DNA from: the human T2T-CHM13v2.0 reference genome, Homo sapiens
Assembly: GCF_009914755.1 (NCBI RefSeq)
Contig: NC_060932.1
Length of the DNA stretch: 64,000 nucleotides
Strand: one strand, 5' to 3'
Part shown: positions 27,144 to 43,318 of the stretch, in pieces
How the letters are laid out: the number at the start of each line of letters is the position of its first letter
Position numbering within the stretch: the first letter of the stretch is position 1
Made by a program: the position numbers and the translations under genes
The notes under the pieces: model-generated
What the model was told of the DNA's origin: nothing
Databases searched by the model: none
Seen by the model: the letters and a program-made list of their open reading frames with translations, nothing else

Positions 27144-28237
27144 CCCAAAGCCACAACATAAAAGACTGCCACTGAGCACTCTACTCACAGACTTGCTTAC
27201 AAAAGTACATTGCACATATTTGAATACAACGAACACATGAACTACAAAAATATTTATTAAAATCCTTCTCTAAAACTTGTATATTATGTAAGGAATAACT
27301 TGTATTAATAGCTTCATATCTTTCTCATAGCAAAAAGGGAGAGCTATTCTAGATACTATTTAATAGATCTGAGCTGTCCACTATTATTTTGTTACTATAA
27401 CTCTGCCCATGGTATATATCACGGTATTCTATGAGTATATTGTATGCATACCATTTGAATGTATAGTACCTCTCACATTAAGTAGCTATTTTATTATTAT
27501 AATCAGGTAACAATCAATCAACACTCCAGGTAACTCAAGATGAGGCCAAAATACCATCTACATTTGAACTGCATGATGAGTTTATCTTACCTCTTACTTT
27601 TATCTATAGAATGGTTACTAAAATATGTAGCATAATAAACACAATCCAAGTTTATCTATATATCCATAAACAAAGGTCTATAAGAATATATACTAATCTG
27701 CAATTGGTGATGAGCCTAAAAGATTAGTATAGGAAGGTGATAGGGATTGAGCTTTTAATAAATCTTTATATTATTTTATAGTAAGCAATAATTTCATAAT
27801 TTTTAAAGACAAGAAAGGAAAGGAAATAATAATAAAGACTTCCCTGCCAACACAGGAATTTTATATGTCCTGTATAACAGTAATCATTCACCTACTCTCT
27901 GGAGCAATGTTAGTATGCTGTGAACAATGCACAAATAAGAAATCTATCATTCAACAATATATAGAATAGAAAAGTGGAATTCTGATTTTATATCCCACAG
28001 GTATGACTTGTCGTTTTGAAATGTTAATGAATTCATAATCATAGACCAAATCAACACAATGGAAAAGCAGACCTCATTATAATGCAAATTACATAGGCTA
28101 CTTGGTCCCACTTTGAAATCTCTCTGAAATAAAATTCAATAGATCAATTTTTTTGGATATCCTCTAAGTAAATATTCAAGTGTATTCATATTGCTCTCTA
28201 GAAACAATGAACTGAATAATTCAACTTTTCTCCACAG

Positions 28238-28470
28238 TAAGGTCAATCCATCTGATTGTGTAGACATGGTTTGTGATGCCAAGAGGAAATCTTTTCTTAG
28301 AGACATAGATGGCTCCTTTCTGGGGAATGCTGGTTCTGTGATACCTCAAGCAGAATATGAATGGGACGGAAACAGCCAAGTAGGAATTGGAGACTACAGA
28401 ATTCCTAAGGCGATGCTCACATTCTTGAATGGAAGTAGAATTCCTGTCACTGAGAAAGCACCTCATAAAG
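28238..28470 (+). CDS. PKHD1L1: PKHD1L1 coding exon (~69)
   Basis: tctccacAG / AAG|GTTTGT; KVNPSDCVDMVCDAKRKSFLRDIDGSFLG...EKAPHKG. Confidence 0.94.
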
Positions 28471-28671
28471 GTTTGTTGGATCTTGCTTAATCTGTCATTA
28501 GGCCTTAAACTCATGAAACAAAATATGTTTTATTTTTAATGACTTGCCTACTCAACCAATAACTTTTATTTTCTACTTCTTAAACTAGCATAACAAGAAA
28601 TAGATGTTATAAGGATTTTTTTGCAAAGAGATTCTGTATTATTGCTAAAATATATATACATATGTTTCTAG

Positions 28672-28839
28672 GAATTATTAGAGATTCAACCTGTAAGTAC
28701 CTTCCAGAGTGGCAGAGCTATCAGTGCTTTGGGATGGAATATGCAATGATGGTTATTGAAAGTCTGGATCCTGACACAGAAACTCGAAGACTTTCCCCAG
28801 TGGCTATAATGGGCAACGGTTATGTTGATCTTATTAATG
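28672..28839 (+). CDS. PKHD1L1: PKHD1L1 coding exon (~70)
   Basis: tttctAG / ATG|GTAGGT; GIIRDSTCKYLPEWQSYQCFG...GYVDLING. Confidence 0.93.
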
Positions 28840-31351
28840 GTAGGTATTCAATATGAGTAAACTACAATTACTCAAAACATTGCTTGTTATTAAATGCATG
28901 AAGCCATCTCATAAATTATTTACCCCACACAACTAGCAAACATCAGGCCTTGTTTGCCTTCCATTTGTAACAATGAGCAATGCGCAGGGGAGAGACTTGA
29001 TCCTGCAGTACCTCATCCAGGGAAGCAAGGACAGTTATTTAAAATTGGGCATTAAAATAAAAAGAAGGAGGGGAAGAGGGATGGAGAGGAGAGCAAGAAG
29101 TAGGGGAAAAGTTATTTCTGGAGTGATCTTCATACTTTATTGATAAGGTGGTATAAGTATTTTAAAGAAAAAAAAGGTCCAAGTATCTCCAAAAAATACA
29201 ATTGACCTAACGTATATTAAAAACTGATAATGTGTTATTTGGAATACCTGACAAGCAGTATTCTCAGCCTGCTCATGTTTTATGCTCATGAATCTTTGGA
29301 AGACTTATCTTGCTATCAACATGTTTTTTCGTCTCTAATTCCTTTGACTGTCAAGACCAGCTGGTCAAGCTCTAGCATCAGGTTTCTTCCATTCTGGTCT
29401 TAGGAGGCTGTAGCAGAGAAGGAAGGTAATGGCCTCCATGAGGATGCAGATCAGCTTAGGAGACCAAGGCTTTTTGAATAAGATGAACTTCTAAAAGGTA
29501 CTGAAAACACAGGACAGGGATTCATCGTATATCCTTGAAATGACACCAGGGGCTCAAAACTTAGTCCCTAAACAGGCTTAGATTAGGATCTTTCATGTGC
29601 TGAAAGTGTACATAGCTTGGATTAGATAGATTTATGTGCCCTTGTAGTGTCATAACATGTACTAAAATATTCTAGAAATCAATAAAATATAACAGAATGA
29701 ACTAAATCAGGAGTATTCCAAAGTTTCATGATTTTAGGACTCTCCTCACTTCTCCCACCCCAATGTGTGCTATGCCTGGTTTCTGTGACCTGCAGTTAAC
29801 CCAATTTTAGATGCTGCTTTTCGGATTGTATGAAGCAGAGATCATGAGAACAACTTCAGAACTGTCAATGAATAATGGAGTAATAGAAGAGATCTTTCCC
29901 AATAGCTCTGTTTTATATGGTGAAAAAGATTTCATTGTCTTATTTTTACATTTCCCTTTTCTGGCAAGCAATACAAGTTTTCCATTTATGACAATGACAA
30001 GACATATTTCTTCAATATGAATTTAAATTTTAAAAAGTGACTATCAATTTAAAGAAGTCTTATGTAAATGATAGCAGCACAGAAAAATCATGAAGGTGTT
30101 AGAAGAATCACTGAAGCTTGGGATGTGCTATACTAGATGGGAAAAAATTCCCCAAGATAAAAGTTACAGAAAATCACTGAAGTTTCCTTTTGAATATTAA
30201 TATTAAATTTTATTTATTTTAAAAATATGACTTTTGTCTCTAAATTTTTATGTTATACATGGATATTTCTTTATGTTTGTTTTCAAAACCCACAAAGAAA
30301 GTATATTTAAAAGTAGGATTTATATTTTGTATGCTAAGGAAAAGGTTAGGCAATACATGAACTTTAGAAGTTTATATTGATTTAAAATTTGATTGAGGTG
30401 TAGTTATAAATATTGATAATACTTCCAAGTAAGCTAGGAAATTCAGAAAACCTAATGAATAAATACATCAATACAATTCATTCCATATTTCACTCAATGT
30501 TTTATATATGTATAATCTCAGCCACTTTAAGTGAAATAGAGAAGTTTGTTATAAAAGTCATTTTAAACCTGCTCAGAAAATGTTTGGATTCAGGTAGAAA
30601 AGCATTCACTATCTCTTGGCTTTCTAGAGGGTTTGATAGAGTGTTATTTCTTAGGTGGCTTCAGTTCATTAATGATGTCAACACTCTAATAGTCATAACT
30701 GTCAACAAAAATTTCTTAAAATTAAAATGGAGGAAGATTAATTACTTGATTAGACGAATGTGTTTGTTGAATTTACAAATTAACTACTTTTAAAAAACAA
30801 GTGCATGAGTGAAAGAACAAATTAATGAATCAATGGTTCAGGCATTCAAATGTCCATGTTTGCCAGGTACAGAGCCTATTGTTAACAAATTAACTCTATT
30901 ATAGCACATTTCCTAACAAAGAGCCTGAGAAAGTTCAATTCCCACTCAAGCTTATATTTGGTAGAGAGAAGAAAGAATCAAGCATTTTCTTCCTCACCAT
31001 GTGGCCTAGGCTTGAATATTATCATTAAAGAAGAGATATATGGAAATCTACTATTTCTATCAGTGACCTTCCGATACAAATTCTTATTAACACATTAATG
31101 TACCCTTCTTGCCCTGGGCAGTGTAAAAGTAGGGTGATAGGAAGAAGTTTCTTCCCTGCCTTCCTTTTTAAGCCAAGGTTTGAGAAATAGCTTAGCTGGC
31201 TGGGTAACGGTGGATGGGTAATAGGTATAAATGCTGAACTTGCATTTGAACTTGACCACTGCAATTTATTTTTAATACAATTACTCTTCAGATTTTATAC
31301 TAATAAAATGTATGATATAGGAGTATGCACTTTCATTTTGCATGGATTTAG

Positions 31352-31509
31352 GCCCACAGGATCATGGCTGGTGTGCTGGATATACATGCCAGAGAAGGCT
31401 GTCCCTGTTTCACAGCATTGTGGCTCTGAACAAATCTTATGAAGTTTACTTCACTGGCACCAGTCCTCAGAATCTTCGACTGATGTTGCTTAATGTTGAT
31501 CATAACAAG
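31352..31509 (+). CDS. PKHD1L1: PKHD1L1 coding exon (~71)
   Basis: atttAG / AAG|GTAGGG; GPQDHGWCAGYTCQRRLSLFHSIVALNKSYEVYFTGTSPQNLRLMLLNVDHNK. Confidence 0.94.
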
Positions 31510-31771
31510 GTAGGGCAAGATGTCTTAAGAGTAATTGCTGTTGATTATTTGCATGTTATTTCTATCTGCTAAGGCTTGTACCTCCTCCCCTGTTCTAACA
31601 TTGTCAGCCTTACAGCTCATTTCCAAGGATGCATCAGGGTACCACTGAAATTATTATTAGCCTAGACAGTTTTCATCAACCTGAAGGTACAAGTACCAAG
31701 CATCACCATCATCCCCTTGCCATATGCACTTGATTCTGGTACTCCATACGTGAAGCAAACCTAAATTTTTA

Positions 31772-33930
<2,159 letters not shown>

Positions 33931-34254
33931 TTATATACTTATTCTTCAATGCTGCTATTACTTATATATATATCAGAAATACACCTTTGAAATTTACTTC
34001 AGAGACTGCAGCATGTTATTTTTAATATCTTCAATAATGTCAAGTCTTTGCTAGAAACTGAACTCAGCCAGGATCATTAAATTTATATTTAATAAGTATG
34101 AAAAGAGTATGAGTTTAACCAGTAGTGTCATCACTCAGATTTTCTTTTCTAAGAATATGAGACTTTAAAGTCCCAGGGTGTTTAATGTGAAGAAAGAATG
34201 CTGATAAGGTGAAGCAGAGAAAGGAGTAAAGAAAGGAGGCACCAGCCCCTTCCC

Positions 34255-35045
34255 AGGAGACAGCAGTTCCATCCCTTCGCTCCAGACAAAACCTTGGAAC
34301 CACTCTTGACTCCTCTCTTTTGCTCACATTCCTCATCCAACCCATCTGCAAGTTGTTTTGAGTCTGTCTTCAAAATACCAGAATCTGCCCACTTCTCACC
34401 ACCTCCACTGCTACTATCCAGTTTGAGCCTTTCCTGGATCATGGTAATTGCCTCCTAATTCCTCTTTCTACTTCCACCTTTGCCCTTCTATAGTCTGTTC
34501 TCAACTTAGTAGCCAGATACCGTGAAAATATGTCAGATCACGTCTCTCCCATGCCCCAAACCCTGTAACAATTTCCCTATCGGTCTCTGTCCAAGAGTCA
34601 GAATCCTCACCATGGCCTGTGAGGCCCTATGGGAATCTCTCCCACCCCTGAGCTCTCTGGCTTCTTCTACTCCTCCAGCCCCACTGAGCTCCTTGCTGTT
34701 CCTACGGTCACCAAACATGCTACCCTCCCGGGCCTATGTTTCTGATGTTGCCTCAGTCTAAAACATTCTTCCCTAAGTGGCTAAAGTTCCGCTCTCCTCA
34801 GATTCCACTTTCTCAATAGGCCTCCAAGATCACGCCTCCTTGCTTGGCTCTCCCAAGTTACATGCACCCTGATTTACTTTTTTCTTTTCTCCACAGGATT
34901 CATCACCATCTAACATGTTTCCTACTTTACCTTTTATTATTTCTATTTTTTGTTTCTCATCACTCTTGAATATAAGCTCAGAGAAGCCAGTGGCTCTGCC
35001 AGCACTTAGAATACCACATGGCTGAAATAGGAACTCAAAATTTTC
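34255..35045 (+). mobile_element. L2 3' portion
   Basis: aaaaccttgga...tcttgactcctctctt...ccacttctcaccacctccactgctact...tcagatcacgtc...ataagctc. Confidence 0.75.
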
Positions 35046-35744
35046 TTTTGTAAAAAATTAGAAGAGAATATTTTACCTCTAAAAATGAGAATGGTGACTA
35101 CAAAGTAATGTGACTGTCAATATTCTGAGCCTCTGAAGACAATATCCAAAGAAGATTCCAGAACTAATGTATAGCTTATTAAGCTCCATATTAATCCTTC
35201 CCTGCTCTTGGAAAAGCCAGTCTCTTTATGATCATAGCTGAGAGCATGAAATGTAAGCAATATAAACATGAAAAATGAATAAAATTGAATCAGAGAGGAT
35301 AGTTATTTTGACATTTATTAGTCTTCCTACCAAATTTTTCTCAGAGGTAATCATTTTTTTTCCAACGTTAAGTACCTAATTTTGTGTGGCTGCATTATAC
35401 AGAGTATAGCTAAGTCCCTCTTTCCCTGCTCCTGATATTGAAAGCCTGTATTGTTCTTTGTTGTCTTTTAAATGAATCTTTCTTTAAACTCAGAGATACT
35501 CCTCTAATAATTTCTCTTATTGTACTTTTCTACTAAGAATAGTCAATTAAGGGTTAAGTTGTACTATCTGTATGAATGGTTGAATGTAAGCCCATTTTAA
35601 AATTTTAGTTCATCCCTTATCCCAAATCCATAAAACTTAGTTTTAATAGTTTGCAGAAAGTATACAATATTGAAGGACGGTTTAAGTGCTAAATTACAAA
35701 TATTCTATTTTGTTGCTTTCTTAAAACTTTTTTTTCTTTAATAG

Positions 35745-35880
35745 GCTGTTCTAGTAGGAATTTTCTTTTCCACACTTCAACGTTTGGATGTCTATGTGAA
35801 CAACTTATTGGTCTGTCCAAAAACTACAATATGGAATGCCCAGCAGAAACACTGTGAACTTAATAACCATCTGTACAAAG
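35745..35880 (+). CDS. PKHD1L1: PKHD1L1 coding exon (~72)
   Basis: tttaatAG / AAG|GTATTG; AVLVGIFFSTLQRLDVYVNNLLVCPK...NHLYK. Confidence 0.92.
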
Positions 35881-36790
35881 GTATTGTCTCAGAAAAAATA
35901 CAGTACACATGGAAAATGTACTTATTTATAATATTTTAAGTGTCTGATTATTAGTATTTTTAATTCCTTATCTATCAATGATGGAGAAGAAAACAAGTTT
36001 TTAGCCATAGTCCACCAAATACTAAGATGTTTTCATTTGTAACATGAGTGTCTTGAAAGATCACTCCTAATGGAACTTATTTATCTGTGCACATGCAGAT
36101 ATGAGTTTTTGTTTATCATGGACATTCTTTTGCTTCCTAAGAATGTTTTCATTCTGCATACATTGAGTTCAGTTCTTCCTATGTCTAGAAGAGATTTTGC
36201 TTAAAAGTTTCACCTTATCTTGGCTTTACTTCTATTTCATAGAAGTTAGAACCTAAATTAATTGGCAGTCATAAGAATTATTGCCAAGAAAGCTAATATA
36301 ACATCAACTGAAGGTTGTGAAGTAAATATGATAAAATAAACTTGTGTTAAATGAAACATGTGGAAGAGGCTAAACTTATTCATTGACCGATATTTGTAAA
36401 ACCAGCATTTATCTCTGCTTATGTAAGTCTTTTTGTTAAACAGGGTTCTAATGAGGCCAATAGCATACATTCCATTCCACATGGGCTACTCATCATCATT
36501 TTCTGATATGATCCATATTCTTGGCTAACCATTATATAGATGTGTGTGGTAGATCATAATATGAGCTAGACTTGAAAATATGAATGGGTAATCTGTTTGC
36601 TTTACCATTTATAGAAGAAGTCATATTCCTACTAATAACATGAACTGCTAATGTTTCCAGAGACATTACTATATTTCAGGCACAGCTCTACATGCTTTAT
36701 ATGTAACTCATTGTTACTACATCATAGTAACTCTATGAGGTAGGCACAGATGAGTAAATTGAGACACAGGAAGTAATTTGCCAAGATAGT

Positions 36791-37154
36791 GGTCTTAGTT
36801 CAGTCTGCCATAACAAAATACCACAAATTGAGTGGCTCAAACAACAGAAATTTATTTTCTCTGGATCTCTGAAAGTCTGAGATCAGGGTGCCATGATGGT
36901 CATGTTCTGCTGAGGGTTCTTTGCTCGGCTTGCAGATGGCCACTTTCTTGCTGTGTCCTGACATGGCTGAGAGAGTGCAAGCAAGCTCCCTGGTGTCTCC
37001 TTTTAGAAGGGCACTAATTCCATCATGAGGTCTCCCCCTTCACAATCTCATCTAAACCCTATTTCTTCCCAAAGGCTCTCATCTCCAAATATCATCACCT
37101 TGAAGATTAGGGCTTCAACATGTAAAATTTGGGGACACAATTCAGTCCATAGCA
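36791..37154 (-). mobile_element. MLT1A0-like MaLR solo LTR inserted in a MIR (flanks ~36650-36790 and ~37155-37240)
   Basis: gtcttagtt...tgccataacaaaataccaca...ttagggcttcaacat...ttcagtccatagca. Confidence 0.85.
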
Positions 37155-38741
37155 GTCTCAAGCTGGTATGGTGCACAGCAAGAACTCAAAAACAGTCTAG
37201 CTGTAAAACCCATGCACTTAACCATTATGCTATATTTCCTTCTTTTAAATTAAGAGAGTCAGCGTTACTACTTTTTATATATAAATAGTTGTGTCATGAA
37301 TAAAATGGCATTTATAGCTTAATTTTAATAAATTGTTCACTCTTTTCAAATAACAGATATGGTACCAAGCACAATATCATTCAGAGTTAGGAAAATAGGA
37401 ACTATCTTCATAGGCAGAGAGTTCCACTAACATATATTGAACCCAGACAAATGCTGAATTGTATAATTAATAGTGGAATAAGGCACTTCGCTTCTTATCA
37501 CATTTCATTGTGAGGCTTATTAGGAAAAAGAAATTAAAATTTTAAAAGGAGGAGGGCATTTCACAGTAATGAAAAAAGCAGACATAGATATTAATAAAAC
37601 ATTTCCAAAACCCCAAAATATGTATAGATCCACAACACAGGGATATTATTTTGTTCTCCATAGACAGAACGTAATGTAAAGAATTGATAATGTAGGTGCT
37701 GAAGAGCCAGAAAACAACTCCGCCACTGCCCTCTTACAGATAAATGTGTGTTTTATGGTAGTGGTAGTGGTGTTTTTCTGAAACAGCGTTGCTTTTAAGT
37801 GAACGTTTTGCTTTGGCACTTGGCATGCAAAATAATATCCCTGTGTTATGAACCTATACATATTTTGGGAGTTACCCAAATGTTTATGATCTTTGTCTCT
37901 GCTCCTTTCATTACTGTGAAATTCCTTCTTCTTCCTAAAATTTTAATTTCTTTTTCCTAGTAAGCCTCACAATGAAATGTGGTAAGAAGCTACATATCTC
38001 ATTCCACCACTATTACACAATTCAGTGTTTGTCTGGGCTCAATAAGTGTTAGTGGGTTTGTTAGCTCTTAGAAATTGTTGATACTCTGCCATAAAATCAT
38101 ACATATATTCATTCATTATAATGATCTCAATCACTTTTGTAAAATTCAGTTTCCTAGCAGAATTTGTCTTGCATTAGCCAAACATTTTTCAGGCTGAAAT
38201 GTAAGCCTGTTTAGTTGGTATAAGATTCTTCTGAGATGTTTTAATGTATACTTCATTTTTATTACACAGTTTTGTCCTTAGTTAAAATAGAAACACTGAA
38301 TTGTAAATGCTCTTTTAAGAGTTGGCATATAGCACTGTATAAATTAGATAGCTAGTAAAGTTAAATTTATATTTTTAAATTACCAAATGCCTTCAGTCAA
38401 GGCTTTAAAATTATGAGCATGTGAATAGGGTTTCAACTACAGTATAGGCTCCTGGGATCATAACTTGATTTGTTTCTCATTTATACTGTGTCTATATAGC
38501 TAATTTTTAAAAAACAAACAATGTGTAATGATTATTTGTGGTATTTTTTAAAGGAGTGGCTTTAATTTCGCAGGTCAGTTCTATAAGTGTTTTTGTTTTT
38601 AAAAAGGTATGCTTTCTTATGAAAGAATGATAAAGTTGAATTTGGGGGACTTTCTAAATTCAAACAAACATTAAGTAACGCATGTTGATTGTGATAATAT
38701 AAAATACTTAGCTGTGATGTTCTGGCTTTTTTCCTTCATAG

Positions 38742-39083
38742 ACCAATTCCTTCCTAACCTGGATTCCACTGTCCTTGGTGAAAACTACTTTGATGGAACC
38801 TACCAGATGCTTTATCTTTTGGTTAAAGGAACTATACCTGTTGAAATTCACACTGCCACAGTGATATTTGTTTCTTTCCAATTATCTGTTGCAACAGAAG
38901 ATGACTTTTATACCTCTCACAATCTGGTTAAAAATCTTGCCTTGTTCCTAAAGATACCAAGTGACAAAATCCGTATCAGCAAAATAAGAGGGAAGAGTCT
39001 GAGGAGGAAGAGATCCATGGGATTCATAATTGAAATAGAGATTGGAGACCCTCCTATTCAGTTCATAAGCAATGGCACCACAG
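38742..39083 (+). CDS. PKHD1L1: PKHD1L1 coding exon (~73), contains RRKR/S motif
   Basis: cttcatAG / CAG|GTATGA; DQFLPNLDSTVLGENYFD...SLRRKRSMGFIIEIEIGD...NGTTG. Confidence 0.94.
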
Positions 39084-39339
39084 GTATGAATAACAGGTGT
39101 TTGAGATGGAGGAATGCAATTACCAAATCCATATCCATAAATAACCTGATCAGGGCTTGGTGAGCCTGGCCTCAGGAAATCCCATCAACCCCACATCCTG
39201 AACCCTCTAAGTGCCCAGAGACCCTTTTTCCTTCTTTGCTCCTGTACTACCAAACTGTTTTAGAATTGGAAGGAATTTGAATCTCTGTTTTGTTATTGTG
39301 ATGATTAATAAGTTCAACAAAAGAATTTGATCTAATATA

Positions 39340-39680
39340 AAAAGATCTGGGAAGACCTACTTAAGCAAGTGACCTTACAGATGAGAGATTAAGGATGAAG
39401 ATAGTCAATGAAAAGACAGAGGAAAAAGAGTGTTCAAGCTATGGAAACTGTTGGTGAGAGTTTGGTGCATTTGAAGAGAGGAAACAGGTCCGATTGGTCT
39501 GGAGTGGAAGGAGCCAGGAAGGACAAGCTGCTGGAGGTGTAGCCAAGGGGTAGACAGGTGCTAGATGTGGAAAGCTTTGGAAGTCAAAGGAAGGACTGTG
39601 GATGTTTTCTTAAGAAAAAGAGTAAATATTCTTGGATATTCTGAGCAGTAGATTGGTGGGTTAGATTTCCACAGTAAAGT
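39340..39680 (-). mobile_element. L2 fragment
   Basis: Purine-rich antisense L2-like sequence (ggtctggagtggaaggag...ggaaggactgtggatgttttct). Confidence 0.45.
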
Positions 39681-39699
39681 CACAGATTCAGCCCAAAAA

Positions 39700-41990
39700 G
39701 GGCAGATGTGCAAGTACATAATCTGTCTTTATTTCCTGTGACTGAGCGAATCATCCTCACAAGCCATCATCCCCTCTCTGTGTCCCTCACTTCCTATTTT
39801 TTATCAGAGATAAAAAAATAAGCTCAACTGTCCCATCAGAGAAATCTCTGCTGGCTGAAATCATTTCCTTAGGGTCACTCAGTTTGGGCACTTGAGTAAA
39901 TGCTCAGCTCTTCAAATTTTCTCTATCCATCTGCTCCTTTCAAGTTGGGGTCTGAATACCAAGGGGCTGTTCTGGCCTCCGTCCTCATGTTATCATCTTG
40001 TCTTCACAGCCTCTGGTACAGAGTGGGTCATCTTCTCTGCTCTACATATGCATCTCTTGAGGTACTACTGAACTTTCCTGGTCTTCTGGGATGCAATAAT
40101 ATCCCCCACTGCTAACCTGCAACCATGCCTTTGTCTTCAGTGGTCAAGCACAAGTACTCTGATCTAGGTGTACCCCTCCCCAAGAACAGGAAAGGCAGGT
40201 ATCTGTCAGAGGAAGACTTACCATCCAGTTAATGAAGCTTACACTTCAAGCCCCCTCACTGATACAAGTCCTGGGAGGGGCTTTCACTTTCAATACCTTA
40301 GGAGAGGTCCTCATAATGTGGTCAAATCATTGAATGTTATTATGAAAGCTACAAAGGTATGATTTTTCTGCATTCCTTTTCCTAAAGAGATCGTCCAGAC
40401 ATATATAAACTGCAGCCCCACTAGGTTGGGATCTACCCTATCTACCTGTGTTCAGTCACTTTATCATTAAACTCCCAGGCTCTGTGTAAACCTGGGTACT
40501 GGGTGAAGTTCTCACTTTATGCCACTAGAGATCTTCACTCATTTTCCCAAGAGGTTTGCTTCTAGGCATTGACCCTATGCACCTACCACATTATCACTCT
40601 GGAATTCTATCAGCTAAGCAGGTGGAAGTTTCTTCCATTGGGGGGATAAGCCTGTGGGAAGGCTTGCCTGTGTGGAGGGAGGTGTTTATAAACTCTTGGT
40701 TAGAAGAGCGTAGGAAGCCTAGGCTTGTGTTGCAACCAGATCTCCCACGATGTTCTCTGCCCAGAGTAATAGTTAACTTTCCTTCGTCAGTTCTGTACTC
40801 ACTTGGACTTACAGGCTCAGGGTTTGGACTCAGCATGACTTTGCCTGTTATTTTAGGAGTTGTAAAGGGCCCATGGCACATATACAGATTACTCACCTAC
40901 TCTTAGAAATCCCTGGTGAGCCCTTACGTGTCGTGAGGTCCAAAATTTACCACACTAGCCACTAGATATCCAAAGAAACTGGGATTTATTTCTTACATGT
41001 GACATATATTTCCCCACATACAATCCCTCCTACATCCATCCCCTTAAAGCAGTTTTAGCTTGTTAGATTTATCCAGACAGGTATAAGACCACTGAAGAAT
41101 GTAGAAGTTAGGGATGGTGGGAGGGACAGGCTAATGGCACATTTTCTAGACATAGACTGCGATAGTGTTTCAAGTCTCAAGGAGAACCCTACAACTTGGT
41201 GAATCACAGCAAAATGTTGAGAAGTGGCAAGAAAGATGTTCATGTAGTTGTACTCCTGGCTCCTTATAGCTTTTATATAGTATCAGGATATCCAGAAATT
41301 CCCAGATGTCCTAGAAAGGGGTTACCTATGTATTAAAGGCATTTATGAGCAGACAGTCCTACAGCCAGGAATAAGAGGCCTTCAAGTTAAGGTCTTTGGT
41401 TTCTAGATGGCAATCAGCAGAAATGAATGCCCTCACATGTCGAACGGTCAGCGAGAACCTGTTAACAGTGCAGACTGCATCAGACCTGCCACTCCATGCC
41501 AAAAACCAGTGAAGACAAAGTAGTAATAGTAGTGCATGGACCTGAAGCAGTTCTGTACTGCTACAGCTAGATATACAAGCCCTCAGACTTGGGAGGCCTC
41601 CCTGGAGAAGGCTGTTTCTGGAGGGAGTATGAGGAGAGGGAGGAATCTGAAAGACTGAGCCTTTTTCCAAAAGAGTCTGAGTCATCCAAAAGAGTCCTTT
41701 TAAACTGACAAGGACTGAAATAGCTTAGGACTGTGGGGTTCATAGTGTCATGTCAGACCTGCTGGCCCAAGACGTTACCTCCTTCTTCCTGAGCACTCTA
41801 AGCCTTATGGCTTAACTTTAATAGAAGAAACTCAGTGATTTGATTCCTCAAGGCATGACTCTGAATATAGAAGGTACAGGATACCTAGGAACAAGGGATT
41901 AGCAAGGCCTGCAATACACCAAAACATTATCCTGGTTTACAGTTGTTTCTTAAAAGATCAGTCTGACTCCAGAGGCCAGTTTAAAAGTGG
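39700..41990 (-). mobile_element. Probable old MaLR/ERVL internal sequence, with a hAT-like DNA element at ~40210-40440
   Basis: GC-elevated non-coding block resembling MLT1-int; family assignment not secure. Confidence 0.35.
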
Positions 41991-42760
41991 TTTTAGTAAC
42001 CCTGCTGATGTGGCTTTAATTAGGATTTTAACAACAGGGACAGAGAGAGTTAGAAATTGGTAATGGATTAGATGTGGTGTAGTGGAGAGGTGAAGGAGCA
42101 GGGATTAAGCAAAACTACTAGGCTTCTGAAAAAAGGAATATGGTGCATTAAGGTACCACTTTTTAAGGTAAGGAGCACTGTGGGGGCAGAAGGTTTAAGA
42201 GGAAACCCCAGACCTGCCATGCTAGAAAAGGGGAACAGAACTATATGTAGTGTTAAAAGTAACTGAAAATTGTCAAATGTCCAAAGCAAGTAACAATTGG
42301 TTAGTAATTTAATAACTTTAGCAACTAGTATATTAATACATACACATAATATGATCGATTCTAACAATCCTTCCATTCCAAAATTAACACTTTATTTTTT
42401 AAAATGACACATGATAATAGAAATGCATGATAATGCTTCATTGGTAAACAAAGATTGGTAGGAGAAAGTATTAAATTAAGAGACATATATTCTCCCACTA
42501 TGTTTTCATTCGTTTTTCTTGTATCTGTTTTATCTACCTTTGTTTTTCCTTTAATTCCAACTTAAAATATATTCTCCTGAGTTCTTCCTTTTCCTCCCCT
42601 CATTAATATGACTGCTGTGTTTTGCTCAGGTAAGACTAGAAAGCCTTAGAATTCTATAATGTGATGGAGCAATGCAAAGAATGCTAAAGTGAAAAACTCT
42701 CATGTGTTCTCACAATTCTATACTTTTATAATCCAAATGTCATAATACTTTTCCCCATAG

Positions 42761-42912
42761 GTCAGATGCAGTTATCTGAACTCCAGGAAATTGCTGGTTC
42801 TCTTGGACAAGCTGTAATTTTAGGAAACATCAGTAGTATCCTTGGATTTAACATTTCGTCCATGTCTATTACTAATCCCCTCCCCAGCCCAAGTGACTCT
42901 GGGTGGATTAAG
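42761..42912 (+). CDS. PKHD1L1: PKHD1L1 coding exon (~74)
   Basis: ttccccatAG / AAG|GTAAGA; GQMQLSELQEIAGSLGQAVILGNISSILGFNISS...DSGWIK. Confidence 0.93.
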
Positions 42913-43318
42913 GTAAGAAAATGCAACTAGAAAAAATGCATTTTTTGGGACTTAAAATATCATTACTTATTTCTTATTTTAACTCTCTGTTTCTATTTCA
43001 AAACAATAATTTAGCAGGCATGTCTTTCTTATTTATTGTTGACTTTTTATAGGCTCGCTAAAATGATAATAAAGTTGTTTGAACAAAGGAGCATATCTTC
43101 CAAAAGTTGTGTATTGGTTATAAATTTGTTTTGCTTTGCATATTTATAACAATGCTTCATAAATGTAATGGAGGAAATATTGTAATTATATTAATTTTGC
43201 ATATTGAACATATTCCAAAATAAATAATGAATATTTTATACTCAGCCTGGCTAAAATGAGTTTGCTGCTGAGTGTAGTTTATCATGAAGAAACCAGTTCA
43301 TCCCTTGTGCATTCACAG

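Noticed and set aside
40556-41685. Cluster of 100-116 aa ORFs in the intron after exon 73
   Set aside because: They lie in probable degenerate LTR-retroelement internal sequence, show no recognisable domain, and are not needed for the exon chain, since exons 73 and 74 join in frame.
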